Below the pieces are notes generated by a model. It was not told the origin of the DNA, did no database searches, and saw only the letters and a program-made list of their open reading frames with translations. From assembly GCA_976226885.1 (NCBI GenBank), contig OZ320315.1, forward strand, positions 67,146,001-67,210,000: a stretch of 64,000 nt of DNA. Reading direction: 5' to 3'. The position numbers and the translations under genes are program-made. This DNA is from Iphione sp. A-MEVVRFRX5. Lineage: Eukaryota. This document shows, piece after piece, positions 27,653 to 40,704 of this stretch (position 1 is the stretch's first letter; each line of letters starts with the position of its first letter).

Positions 27653-28067
27653 CTGTGGGAGCACACACAAAAAAAGAGATGGGAGGTGCCAGTTTATGAG
27701 AGATCTAAAGGACTGGTTAATATGTCTATGAGGTGACTGGTGAAAAAGCAGATGTAAGGAGTGGTTAATGTGTGTATGTGTGTGTGTTTGTGTGTGACAG
27801 GTGAACGTCAGGAAAAGCTGTAAAGGGGTGGTTACTATGAGTTTGTTAGGTGAAGGCAAAGAAGGGCTGTGCAGAGTGGCTAATGTATCTCTTAGGTGAA
27901 AGCAAACAACAGATGTAAGGAGTGGGTAATATGTCTGCAGGGCTACAACAAAGGATATGTGCAAAGAATGGTTAATGTGCCCCTAGGTTAAAAGTAAAGG
28001 AGAGATGTAGGGTGTGGTGAATGTGTTTAACATATAATAACGCTAGAGAGACTCCTGGAGTAGTAAA

Positions 28068-28400
28068 AGGCCGAAAAAAATTCTTTGTTTTCCAGTAACA
28101 AACTGAAAAAATACAGGGTCGGTCGGTAGATCCCATTTTTGTTATTTTTCTTTTTTTCAATGCCGAAAGACCCTGAAAGCAACAGATGTGTATGGTAATG
28201 CCATTATACTGCTGAGATCTTAATAAATTAATTGAAAGCTAAGAATGTAAGAAAAAAATTATGCATAGTTTGTGTCTCTACCATTATTCTTTCTGAAGTT
28301 ATTTATATAAAAAAAAAACAAGAAAAAATAAAAAGTTACAATTCGCCCTAATGTAGGGTCGGTCGGGTTACTGGAAACACAGAGCTTTTTTGTTAGGCCT
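28068..28400 (-). mobile_element. MITE-like element, same family, reverse orientation
   Basis: Imperfect TIRs AGGCCgaaaaaaattctttgttttCCAGTAAC / GTTACTGGaaacacagagctttttttgttaGGCCT; two internal AGGGTCGGTCGG motifs. Confidence 0.75.
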
Positions 28401-31400
28401 AACGTCTGTTAAATGAAAGCTATGGAGAATGAAAGCGTTAAATGTGTTTATGAAGTGTAGCAAAAGGAGTGGTGAATATATCTAACATATAACAATGAAG
28501 AGATGTTAGGAGAGCTTAAGAGAGCTTAATGTCTGTGAGGTGAATGGTATCCCAGCAATCGAGAAATGCAAAGGGTGGCTAATATAGGTACATGTGTAAG
28601 TGATATAGGCGGAGTTATTTACAAGTCTATGGGGGCACCAAGAGGTACAGATTAGTGTGTTCCGGAATTAAACGGACGATGGCGGAGGGGGATACAGTGA
28701 ATTCTTCTATATATACACGCACACGCATATCCACGAACACAAACATTACACGTATAGATATAGGCAACACACCCAGAGGGAGGTGGGAAGAAAGAGGGTT
28801 ACATATGTACGCTCATATAGTTTTGCATATATAAAAGCTTCTCCCTTAGGCAGGCAACATAGCTTAGACATAAGGAGCCACGGCAGACAAACAGTGCTTA
28901 ACACACGTAGAATAGGATCAACTTCTTCGATGATGCAAGTACTGCACATAAACATCCTACCAGGTGCATACGTTCCCACATTAAAGCTGACGTCAAACCG
29001 ACGCACACGTCAGTCTACACTCATACATATCAGGACGATGCAGACATCCACCCGTACGCATCCATTTATAGGTGGCAGGCGGTCACTACCTTGTGAAAAT
29101 GAAAGGTCATTAAAGGAGACAAACACCTGAAACTAGTGTGTTTAGCTCTTATACTCTGTGCCGGTTAGGTACTAGGACACATATTCATGGAGGTGACAGA
29201 TAACCAAAACGTGTGAAATATTGCCTGATTATTGTACCTGTCGTCCTTTTGAACTGTTATGTCAATCTGCATAATGCGTTCATACCTTATTTATCTCCTT
29301 CTGGACGATTCATTATATAAAGCAGAAGACTGACATACGCATGCTTCATGGAAAGCACTAGGCCTCGGCATATGTGTTTCAGCCTTCAGTTCTCTATGAC
29401 CAACAGTCTCGTAGACATGAATATAGCAAGCCGCGCGGAAGACGTTTCTGTGTTTGTCTGCAATGCCTGAGCGAAAGGAAAGTGATGGAGACCTGCCTGA
29501 TAGTTATGAGTATACTCCTGACAAAGGTTATACGGCCTCACACAATCTTTGGGTAACACATATTACTTTTATTTGGCGAGACATAAGAAGGACTTCAAAG
29601 TAGAACTTCAAGAATAAAAAGATATACTTGCCCCGCTAATATGTAACGGGGTGCTTTCTCAAGGACTTTTCCATTTTCGTCAGTTCTAGACGTATTGTAC
29701 CTCCTTTATGTCTGGTATATGTTGTGTCTACCAAGCCTTCTCTCTCCTGCTCTTTCCCTCTGCTTCAGTCTTTCTCTACCTGCTTCTGTCTCCGTTTTCC
29801 GCTTTTGCCTTCTACCTTTTGCTATTCTCTTTCCTGTTTACAAACTCTCTCCTCTGTAACTCCCTCTCTTTTCTTCCTCTTTACCCTTCCCCTCTCTCTG
29901 TCTCTCTCTCTGTCTGCCTCTCTGTCTGTCTTTATCTCTCTCACTCAGAACAACAACTACATGCTAATTAAAGGGAGGATCCCATCGCTGCTCTCGCAAA
30001 TGGGCCGCATTACCTATCCTATATCAGAACAAAGATTCGCAGCTGTAGGATGTCATACATCGGAATCGAGAGGGCTGGCTAGAAGCTCCGTGATGGTGTG
30101 ATTATGGTATATCATTAAATTACTTTTGATGTCTTCCTGTCCCCCGATGCCCTTTTCTTATTTCACTTAACAAGGTCCAAGACCAAGCCAGACATAATAG
30201 AGTGTTGAGGAACACATATGTTCTGTCTTACGGGTGTCTGGCGGGAGAGCAGGAACCAAGGGAAAATGATGATATAAAGTGCCGACAACACTAGCTTGAG
30301 AACGGCATACCCCCATCCCACAGAGCCCCAGTCCCCGCCCCTACCTCCGCCGCCTTCTCCTCCTCCAGCCGCCGCCCCAGGAACAGTAGACCCGTGACAC
30401 TTGGGTGCGAGAAGATTTTTTCCCGTTCTTGGCTCGGAGGGTGAGTGATCAATCATTGCGTTGGAAGCCACTAGATGGGGCTGCCAATCTCGGCAGTCGG
30501 TCTCTAAGTCGGAGTAGTTTTCGGGATGAAAAATAAAAACCCAAACAATCGGTTCAAAACTATGAGTGTGCGAGGAGGGGGGGGGGTCTTTACAGTTGGC
30601 GCCTGGGTACTTTCATAAGGCGCCGATTTTAATGTGAATGTTTCTAGTAAATGTAGCTGCTGGGAATTACAGGCTGGGACGACTGCAAACGCCATAGGAA
30701 ACGATACGTGAAGGAAAATGCTCACCGGCTGCGTGCTGCAGTAAACGGGTACCTTCCCGCCACAGCTGTAACGGATACACGGTCTCTGGCACTCGTTGTG
30801 GGCCATAATGCATGAATTAAGGGGCCAATTGATAGAGGTGGATGTTCCTATGGATATTGCTGCGTCATTGTCGTAGGAGACCTTCCCAAGTCCACAGTTG
30901 CATGCAGTGTATAGAACGCCTGTGTAACTTTTGACTTTTACATGTTTTCTTTGTCTGTACGGCAATGGTATTTCATGCTTCTTGCTAGCTTTTTCAATCC
31001 ATCACATATAGAATATAGGAGCACTGTATTTTCCTATACGGCCTTGTCATGTCAAAAGAATTCCACCTCAAGATCAACAGATTGAACAAGTGCAGTGACA
31101 AGTGAATCATGTAGTGGCCAACGAAACGTCACACACTGCCATAAAATGTAATGGTCAATCACCACAAAAATATGCCATGCCAAAAACATCTGACAAATCT
31201 TATTCCACACCTTCCTAATAGTCCAAGGTGTGACAACAGTCATACTCATTGCTACTTGCACTCATCACAGCTGAGGTGAACTAGACAATGAATTTTAATT
31301 TTTTAATTTTTAGTACATGTACATGCACGTACAGTTCCGAATATTCTTTTGCCTGATGCTAAAGGATACACACATAACACGGATATGCACATAGATAATT

Positions 31401-31473
31401 CTTCGTTCCTGCATATTGAGACTGCGAGTATCTTCCTCTGGCTCACCACTGCCCATACAGACACACACACTTA

Positions 31474-31900
31474 CACATCGACGAATGATAAATTCTTGCT
31501 CACTTGCTGCCAGCCATAAAGCCAGGCAACCACCTGCTGTATGACCAACTTGGAGTGAGAGTGAGTGGGCACGAAGAAGACGAAGAAGAAGAAGAAGAAG
31601 AAGAAGAAGGATCAGTAAGTGGAATGGCAACAGAAGCCAGGAGTAAACAGACGCTAGGAAAGCGACGGCCGCGGCGGCACAGGGGCTTTGATGTGGAGGT
31701 GATGACTTGTGGCGGCTCCTGGCGGCTCCCTCTTGAAGCGTCTGCTTGGATCGTCGATGAGAGCAGCTCAGACATTGCTAATTGCTCGCCGCCGCCGCCA
31801 CCGCTGTGGGTGATGAACGCCGGGTGAGCAGTTCAAGATGGCGTCTTGCCTTGGTTGGTGCAGCTCACCCCTCTACTAGATGGCGCTGGTTAATATTTGA
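31474..31900. other. GC-rich exon-like island with (GAA)n; coding strand unresolved
   Basis: Open frames and plausible splice sites on both strands; YY1-like AAGATGGCG at ~31836; (GAA)n at 31572-31608. Confidence 0.4.
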
Positions 31901-34900
31901 GCGTTTGGCGTGGGACACATCTGTCAGATCTTTTTAGCCTGTCTGAAAGCAATGTTATAAGTTGTGGGGCTATCTTGATAGACTGACAGACTATTTAGAC
32001 ATAGTCACTCCTCTCCATCTGAGGTAGACATCGTCTGTTACCTGCGTGTGCGTCCTTGGTATTGGCTGTAATAAGGGGATGAAGGGCACCAACGTAATGA
32101 AGGGGATCCATTTACAGACGATGCGTTAAATATAATGCGGTATTCTGTTCACAGTATTTTAGACTGGTAAGCTGATTTTCATTACCTCTGCGTCATGTCA
32201 GAATATTGAAATAGTTCATACTAACAGCACTAAGTACACGAGGACCGAACAAGCAAAGTGGATTCTACAAACCAGAACTGTGCAAATTACTGAGAAGCCT
32301 TCTTCATATAGCTTAATATAAATTACACATTTCTTGTGTGTGGTAGTTCTCCCCGATTTTATCTGTCTCTCCATACATAATTAAAAAGGTATATCTATGC
32401 ATATTTATAGAGAGAAAGTGAGAGAGTGAGGGAGGCTGGGAGAGATGCGGTGTAAGAGGCAGTGAGAGACAGTATGTCCCACGTAAATGTGACCCAAGGA
32501 GCTTTGAACCCCTTTTATACGTGCAGCTATAAACCACCTTGACGTGTCTTACTTAGACATGGTGCTATTTTAATGTATCAGTGGCAAGAGAGGCTAGGAA
32601 TAACTTTGTTTTGCTTGGATTGCATCCACATGGGAAGCGTATCGGTCTTTTGCCTAATGGCATAGAAATGTCCTACCGCCTGGATAAGGACGATACCATT
32701 AGGCAATGTCAACAAGTGGAAATGGCGCGGCGGAGGCCGTACCAGTGAGCGAGCTCGTCTCCTGGTCACCTGTCACCCACGCTCATGTTAGTTGCCAAGC
32801 ATGTGAGAGGAGTGCCAGGAACCTCCTCCAGCCTGCGTAACAGGTGCTAACTCTCGAGGGGGATATAGGAACACTGTCATTGGATTTAGAAAAGCCTCGT
32901 GTCTGAAAGATTAGATATGTCATCCTTTTTTTGAATGTAGTAGGCGCGGATTCCGGTTTGGGTTAATTTCCCTCATATTGGTTATTTTATTAAGATAAAA
33001 CATTCCAATTGGCTACATTCCTATCATATTAGTCAGACTGGGAGTCCTTCTATTATTTTATATGGCACTCTAAAAGGCCACTATAGAAATAAGAAATCAG
33101 GCCACAGTATCAAATGAAGGTCACGGTATCGAGGGAAAGGGAATTTTCGGATTACTACTCCGCCCATATTACACCATACAACTCTGATGAATGAATTTGA
33201 TGTATTTAATGCGGCGCAGTCTCCGCGGTGTTCTAACGAGAAAGTATATCTAAAATGGGTAGCCCCTTCCTCTTGTATCACTTCAATTTCATTGCACATA
33301 TAAAGAAAAACTGAAACGATGCCGTTGTGCATGTACAGGTATGTCTTTTGATGAATTATTCTGTCAGACATTTCTTAGTAGAAGAGCAGTGAATGTCCCA
33401 TTAGAAACCATGTAATCTGTTTTGTTATGGGGGTTAATTGAAGGTTTACTGACTCACCGGGTTCATTCCCGAAAGATCCGTTACGAGATGCAAGCCTGTA
33501 GTTGGAAGAGATTTCCCAACACATACGAGGTGCAGACAGTTCTCTGGCTCCTCCAGTTAGATGAGTGACAACCCTGTGAGACCTAACTCTTAACACATCG
33601 TTCGACGATCACTAAGTGAGTAACAACCTGTATGCTCCCTGGAAAAACGCTAGTATACTCAGATATTATACGGACAATATACCAACCCTTTACGGTGTGT
33701 TGCCTTACACCTGATAGCAACACGTAGTAATGACAAAAATTAAAAGGCTAATATTTCCCAGGGAAATCATTTTCATAACTTGAAAAGAGACTGTTTCAGG
33801 TACATTTACGCGATACTCTTGCGGAGTCCGCTGGGGTATGCTTGAATTGATTATGTGGAGTAGAGATGGAGGTAGGAAGATGAAGGTCAAGCATTCCTAA
33901 GCACCCTACCCCATTAGGGGAAGCAAGAATGAAAAGATTATTACTTCCGTAGGTATAACCTGGCCTATGAATAACTTATATCGCTGTCTAGGATCCGTCA
34001 TAGCAAGGTCGTCACTGGTAACCTACTGGTAACCTCTGTGGAGCATCCGGACTGCATTAGGTGGAAACTATTGTACGGACCTCGACACAAATAGCCACAC
34101 ACTTATCAATCTTCCTTTCTTGGTCTCTTCTGCAGTAATAGCCATATTTTTCTACTCAAAGACACCTGTTGTCTATCCGTTGTACTCTCTTTTCTGGGTC
34201 GCTCTTTCTTGACATCGTCTACATCCTGTCCGCTAGATACTCTCCCTACAGATACTTAAGCCAAACAGGCTGACTTCTCCTGCCCTCCGTAGTCCTATGA
34301 AGTAGCACTCATATCATTTAACATATATTTTCCAAGCTTAGATATCTACTATTAGTGATCTTCTGCACTTCTCTGTGACAATTTCCATATGCTCTCGTGT
34401 CCTTCAGCAACAATTTTGTATCTACTATTTTCACTCGGTGAATATATGCAAACCATACCGACATACCTTTTGTGCTGCTTTACACAATTAAATTTTCTTT
34501 TTCTATTGTAAGGAATCCAGATGACCTACTTTTAACACCCCGTGATACACACCTTTAGTCTGAGGTGTACTCACTGTACATAGTCAATAGGCAGGAAATA
34601 CCTCATGCAGAAGCTCTGCAGTCGCACAAGGCTATTGCTTAATCTGTCTCTCGCTTGGCAGCTCCCTCTCTATTGCCATACCCTTCAGTGATTACCTTTA
34701 ACTTTAATTCCCATTCTCTCTATGTTCCCCTGTGTAGAAGGTTGTCCATGAACCTTTCTGTGGCAACGCTCTTCGTTATTGCATGTACTATGTTGCAATC
34801 CCTCAATGCAAACTATAAAGCTATTCTGACTAACCATGCCCCTTTATGGTGCCTTCCAGATGTGTTCATCTGCTCCATTTCTATCGTCACAATTCTTCCT

Positions 34901-35099
34901 ATGTTGCATGTCTTAGGCCCAGTTTCCATTAATGTGGAAGCATGCAGAGCTGTCCAGGAGGGGTCCATGTGCGGAGCCATGCGGAGTTTTTTTTCTCTGC
35001 ACTCTCACACACAGGGGTGTCCTCCGTAGACCAGTGCAGATCAGTGTGTGCCAGTGACTGGAGAAGAACAAAAAATGGAAAAAAAGGCAAAAATAATAC

Positions 35100-35215
35100 A
35101 CATTTCATGAAAAATAGGCCGAAAACGGCTTATTTCATGGAAAATAGGCCTAAAAGCATCAAATTACATGGAAAACCAGCTGAAAATGACTTATATCATG
35201 GAAAATAGGCCACAA
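35100..35215. repeat. ~29-bp degenerate tandem repeat
   Basis: Repeated TTTCATGGAAAATAGGCC-like units (4 copies). Confidence 0.7.
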
Positions 35216-38200
35216 AATGTCCGAAATGTGCTGAAAAATTCCGGAAAGAGATGAGATTGTGCAGAAATGTGTGGTAATGTGAGGTCATGTCTCTAAAGGT
35301 GAGTAAAAGTGAGTAAAATGAAGGAATATTAAGAAATATGAAGAAACCGCTGTGCGTGAACATGTGTATAGTGTGTGTGTGCAGAATATTATCGAGCATG
35401 TCCCGAAAAAGAACCCTACACACTCTATGAATGATAACAAACATGCACAGTTCCAGATTAATATAACACCCCTCGCTGATGATCATTGTTGCAATAAGTA
35501 TACATATCTATGCATGGCCACGCACACGCACCATTCCACATGAATAGAAACATTATGTGTGCGGTGTGTTTATATGGACATACCGAAGTTGTTCTTACTC
35601 AGTGCTCAACTCCAGCTAAACTCCGTCTTCCTCTTTACCCTGTTCAGAAGCAGATACATGATCCATTTAAGTAGTGATCTTTTCCTATCACAAATTCTGT
35701 GCTGTAGCCATTAAGAGTTCACGGCTAAATACCACTGAAGATTATTTTGTCGCAATATATTCATTTAAAACACCACTGACTATCCCGATGTGGCTCACTT
35801 CTCCCTTTAGAGTCTCACTGACTATGCTGTAGTCCCTCACTACTCCTTTCAAAGCCCCAGCGAATGCTCTGTGGTCCTTTGATGTTCATTGGAGCCCTAC
35901 TGACTCACTATTTCTCCTTTGTGCTCCTCATCAGGAGGCGTCGCATTCACCGTTTCTGACAATGATTCTCCATCTACTGCATGTCCTGTTCTGTACATTG
36001 TAGTACCTCAACGTGCGTAAATTCCATGCTGTACAGAATGACTACTCCTCCGTATTACACTTACCTAGTATCCTCTTCCACCTCTTTCCCTGAGTGTTTT
36101 TGCTGCCAATCCGAGGTGTTTGTGACAGAGATTAACGCGTTGGAGTGGCAGGCTGTCCGAGCGATACATCTTAAGTGGCAACTGACATGGGCCTTGGCGA
36201 GCGACATGTTTTCGGTGAAGTAGAAATGGTAGGCCAGTGTCATAGTAGGCGCCATGCCACCATCACTCAGGCTCAGTAAACAGGAACTTATGAACACCAT
36301 CAGGGGAGGAGGACAGACAAAAAGGACGGGCTCTATATCAAGAGCAAATTGGAAGTTTTCTAAGATTTAGGGGCATAATATGTGGAGGTGAAGACGAATG
36401 TGGATGGAGGATTAGGGAGTTGTACCAAGGAGAGCGGAATAATGTAATTGAAAATTTGAAGAAATGTCTGTGTCGTTAATCACCCTATTGTTTCAATGAT
36501 CGATTGGTGGGCTTGAAAAGTATTAGAGGTAAATCAGTCTCTCTTATGGTAAAGAAGAATCACCCATTAAGACACTCCGAGCATGACATACCCCTCTTCC
36601 ATAGTGTTGCTTGTCTTATTGCTTGCTTACCCTTGCTTACGGTTATTTTACGAGAAACTTCATGCAACATGGCGCGTCAAACCTCATCTTTAATACTAAA
36701 TATATCCGCATAACTAAATACAAATACAAACTCAGATTGTCTCATTTAATCTTCCTCAAAGTTATAGTAGCAAGTAGCAAACAAATTTTGTTCACTTAAT
36801 GTAACTCTTGTACTGTTCTTGGTTGGGGAAGTAATGAAGATGCTTCTGAAAATTCAGGAATGTATCTCCGTTTAGAACAACGCCAGTATTGTCAGGCTGA
36901 ATGATAGGATGGCCTGGTGTGTGGTCACTTTGCTTTTCACTCTTTGGTATCCCTCTAACCTAGACAACTATCGATTAGCAGAACACCCCTCAAATGTCTT
37001 ACAAACAATTTCAGCCTCCAATAAGGCACAATGCAATCAGGGACAGAAACAAGGGTATGATTATAAAAGGCTTTTCAAAGGGCTGCTTAACTGAGGAGGG
37101 GATGGTGTGAGGGCGGGGTCTGGAAAAAATTTATAGCCTAACACTCAACACCACCACACCACACCACACCATCTACCGTGTTCGCAGAGAAATAATGGCA
37201 AACACCAGATATGGAAACTGTTGTTGAGAGAGCTAAAAATAACTTAGCCGACCTACACTGGGAGTTGTATGCTTCCTGTATGGTTTGAACCTAACCAAAC
37301 ATAAAAATACCAGAAAACAAAAAGGGCCCTTCAGCTATGTGAAGTTTTAGGTTCCCTGTCATGTCCCCCGTGACAATACACAGAGTCAATAGGGAAATCT
37401 ATTATATAGGACCCTTGCATGTTTGCCTGAGTGTGTGGTCGGTAGGGGGCGTGTGGGACTAAGCTCAAGAGGACTATTTCTATATGCGTCATTAATGCTT
37501 ATAAGAGCTCATCCAATAATGTGGGTGGACTGCTTCTTCTTTCTGTTGACATTTAAAGGTTATTCATGGTGCAATGATGGTCATCACTTCCTATGATCTG
37601 TTGTCAGCAATGGATGCAATAATATATTACAGTGGCATTTTTCATTATACAAGTCTGATCAGACTGACGTATGAGCCAGATTCCTGAGACGTTCGGAAAA
37701 GAGTATATGTACAACAAAATTGAAAGAATATTCCACGAATGACTCTACAAGACTAAGGGCAAAAGAAACAGCAAACACGGTGGGAGGCTTGTTGTCTATG
37801 AGAAGACAGGGCAAAGGGATATTTAAAAGATATGGAAAAGAGACGACTGGTGATATCAATATGGATAGAATGATTGCAGAGAGGCATTGGCGAAAAGGGT
37901 ACAGAGAGAAACAGACACAAATAGACAACGAAGGACAGATGAGAAATTAAAGCTCGGGTTAGCAGCTTATCAAAGCATTACTCATTCGCGGAATGAAAGA
38001 GATTATCTATCTTACCTGTCTTAATTGATGAAAGGGTATCGTTGTAATTATTTTCCGTAATGGGACAGTAATTACTCTTTAACCAATATAAATATGCCAG
38101 TACACTCCTCTCGATTCTAAGCGATATCTCGTCAGGGATATAGGTATATAAAGGACCACAAAAGAAGTATAAGTAAATTCATTTGATGACCTCACCAACA

Positions 38201-40406
38201 TACACAGCATATGACTACTAATACTACTAAACATCCCTTAACAGTCTGTGAATCCAATACGAATGGCTGGTTTAAACCCTTCGTGCATTTGTGACCCGTC
38301 TAGCCTGCTACTAGATGCCCCTTTGCTAACAGCTGGAGCCGTACAGCATACACGCCAACCGCTCATACCGCTCATACCGCCTCGTGTTCTCTCTATTGTG
38401 TTGCTTGCTAACATTCCCTTACCTACCCCCATTTACACAGATGGAGGCATACGTATTGCTTGTGTATTAAGGGTAGAAGGTCCACGATAATCTACTCAAA
38501 GAACGGGTTGTATGTTCAACGCATATGATTGTCTGTTATCATCAGTATGTATATAAATGTATGTAACGGAAAATGAGAAGGACAGAGAAGGATAATATAA
38601 ATTTACGAGAATCAGACAGGCAAGTAAGCAGGTAGGAAGAGGGGAAAGTACTGCAATATTCGTCCTTGTTATAATGATTTTATCCGTCAGAAATATACGC
38701 CTAGAACACATAGCTTAAACGTACTGTAATGCTTTTAAAACCAAGAGAAAGGGATGACATACTTCCCTCGCCATGATATCTACCGCCTAACCTGTCATCC
38801 AATAAATATTTTGCCGCTTGGGCGCTGCTGGGGTAAAACGTTCGGCTACGGAGATCTTGTCTGGCCAGACACTAATTATGGAGCAGCTTCTCTCTCTCTC
38901 TTTTGGAGACAGATGGTGGCTCATCTTCTGTTATACTAACATATAAGCTTACCTGATAATGGAAATGGGACTATGACAATAAGCATGCGCCTTCAATAGA
39001 CAACAGGATACATGTACTTAGATATGGACTAACCTGATACCTAAGTCAGGAATGGTTTTTAGGATACTGAAGTAAGGGATTCTTAATGTCTATAAAACAG
39101 ACCTGCTAATAACTGTTAGGATGCTGAGAAATGTCTTGCCTCAACGAACACCTTTTTACACTGTACAGCACTTTATGACTCGAAATCAATTGGTGCAATG
39201 GGTAACCAGGCTATGACAGCATTAGGTCAATCTACGGCAGTGCCGACATTCTGCTTTTTTTATTTGAAGAATCATGGTAGACCGGTGTCTTCCCGAGTCC
39301 CAAGCAGCCACTTTTAGTTATCAGCTTTTTATGCAATATAAATGAAAGCTTGAATCTAAAGACGACAATGAGCGATACAATAGCTCTGCAGGATCATTAT
39401 GAAGGGTTCTATGGCCAAGTAAAGTTTGCCTGCAGACTCGCAGTAAAAATGACGTTTTTCCCCCCACGAGACTGTTAGAAGTGTAAATAACTCTTGCTAG
39501 TCCGATATCAGACAGACAGATAACAATGCATAAAACTGAGCACTTGGGATACGGAGGTACAGACTTAACCACCAATAGCTCACAGGATACTAAAATATGA
39601 GCTCGGCAAATTCTAACAAGACTATGCCAGCATTAACTTATACAATACTAAGATAACAGTTCCCCTGCAGATGACCATAAGGCTGAACAAGCAACTCTTC
39701 GGTCCTTTGATGAGAGGCTTGCCACTATAACTCATAGAATATGGGAATGGGGGCTGTCCCATAGACTACAGTGCTGAGGCAACAATAAACCATAGTCTAT
39801 TGAAATAAGTGATATTCATAGGATCTGTAACATAAAGCAGCAGTAAACCAGGAGGTAGGCCGAGCCATTGACAGAAAGGCTTAACCAACATGTAACTCAT
39901 GGGATACAAACATATGGGCTGACCTGATCATTATAGGGTATGGTGCTATGTCGGCAATAGCCTCAAGGTTGCCACGATACCTATTTAAAACAAGACCGAA
40001 CGAGCAGTATCTACTGTGATACTAAAGTATAGACTGACCCATTGACAAAGGGCTGAGCTATCACATAGTTCATGGGACACCGCCATATGAGCTGACCTGA
40101 TGCTTACAACATGGAACCACGCCAGCGATTCTCCTCTCCATCAAGGGTAGGGCAAGAGGAGGCCTGTCGACGTCAATTAGCGTGCATGGCGCCTAAGCGG
40201 CCACCTAGGGACCCATCGTCGAAACAGTGATGAAAGATGCAAATAACGATAGGGCGATCGGGAGAACCGTCCCGCGGGTGGGGATAGCCCCACAGAAGGG
40301 GGTGGGGAGGGAGGGATGAGTCAGTCAACGGTCACGTGACCACAGCAAGGGCCGATGGTACTGCAAAGCCTCCCGCCGCCTTACGCACTCAAACGCACAC
40401 ACGCAA

Positions 40407-40428
40407 ACACACACACACACACACACAC
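40407..40428. repeat. (AC)n microsatellite
   Basis: Read directly. Confidence 0.9.
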
Positions 40429-40479
40429 AAATATGCATACAAACTGCACCAATCCTACCACCCTCCCTCCTACCAAACG

Positions 40480-40704
40480 ATCTCTCCAACTTCCTCCACA
40501 AACACTATGGGACAAACCGTCCACCACACTCTCAACCTCGCAAAGCGCGCCTTTTTTTTCTGTTCCATTTTGTTAGTATCATCGATAAAGTTGTAATGTA
40601 AGATTTAAATTCATGGATGGTTGTCTGAGCCCTCTTTGAAAATTCATCCAGCTAGGGTGACATTTGTGCTCAATAAAATCTTGAATCTTGAATCTTGAAT
40701 CTTG
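40480..40704 (+). mobile_element. Orphan 3' end of an L2/CR1-like LINE or SINE
   Basis: AATAAA (40672-77) directly followed by the (ATCTTGA)x~4 tail (40678-40704); upstream boundary uncertain. Confidence 0.6.

Noticed and set aside
27433-27699. Plus-strand Gly/Ala-rich ORF (MEGPLP...GGGGCGGGGG)
   Set aside because: Antisense shadow of the poly-Pro exon; the strong splice signals and His/Gln content are on the minus strand.
29708-30101. Leu/Ser/Phe-rich ORFs (also 42828-43097, 50030-50316, 51125-51421, 5980-6192)
   Set aside because: Products of low-complexity CT/AG tracts, which lack stop codons by composition.
30504-30965. 153-aa minus ORF
   Set aside because: No domain recognised and no convincing splice boundaries.
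36909-37094. DYKRLFKGLLN resembling a DIRS recombinase segment
   Set aside because: Single short motif without flanking support.
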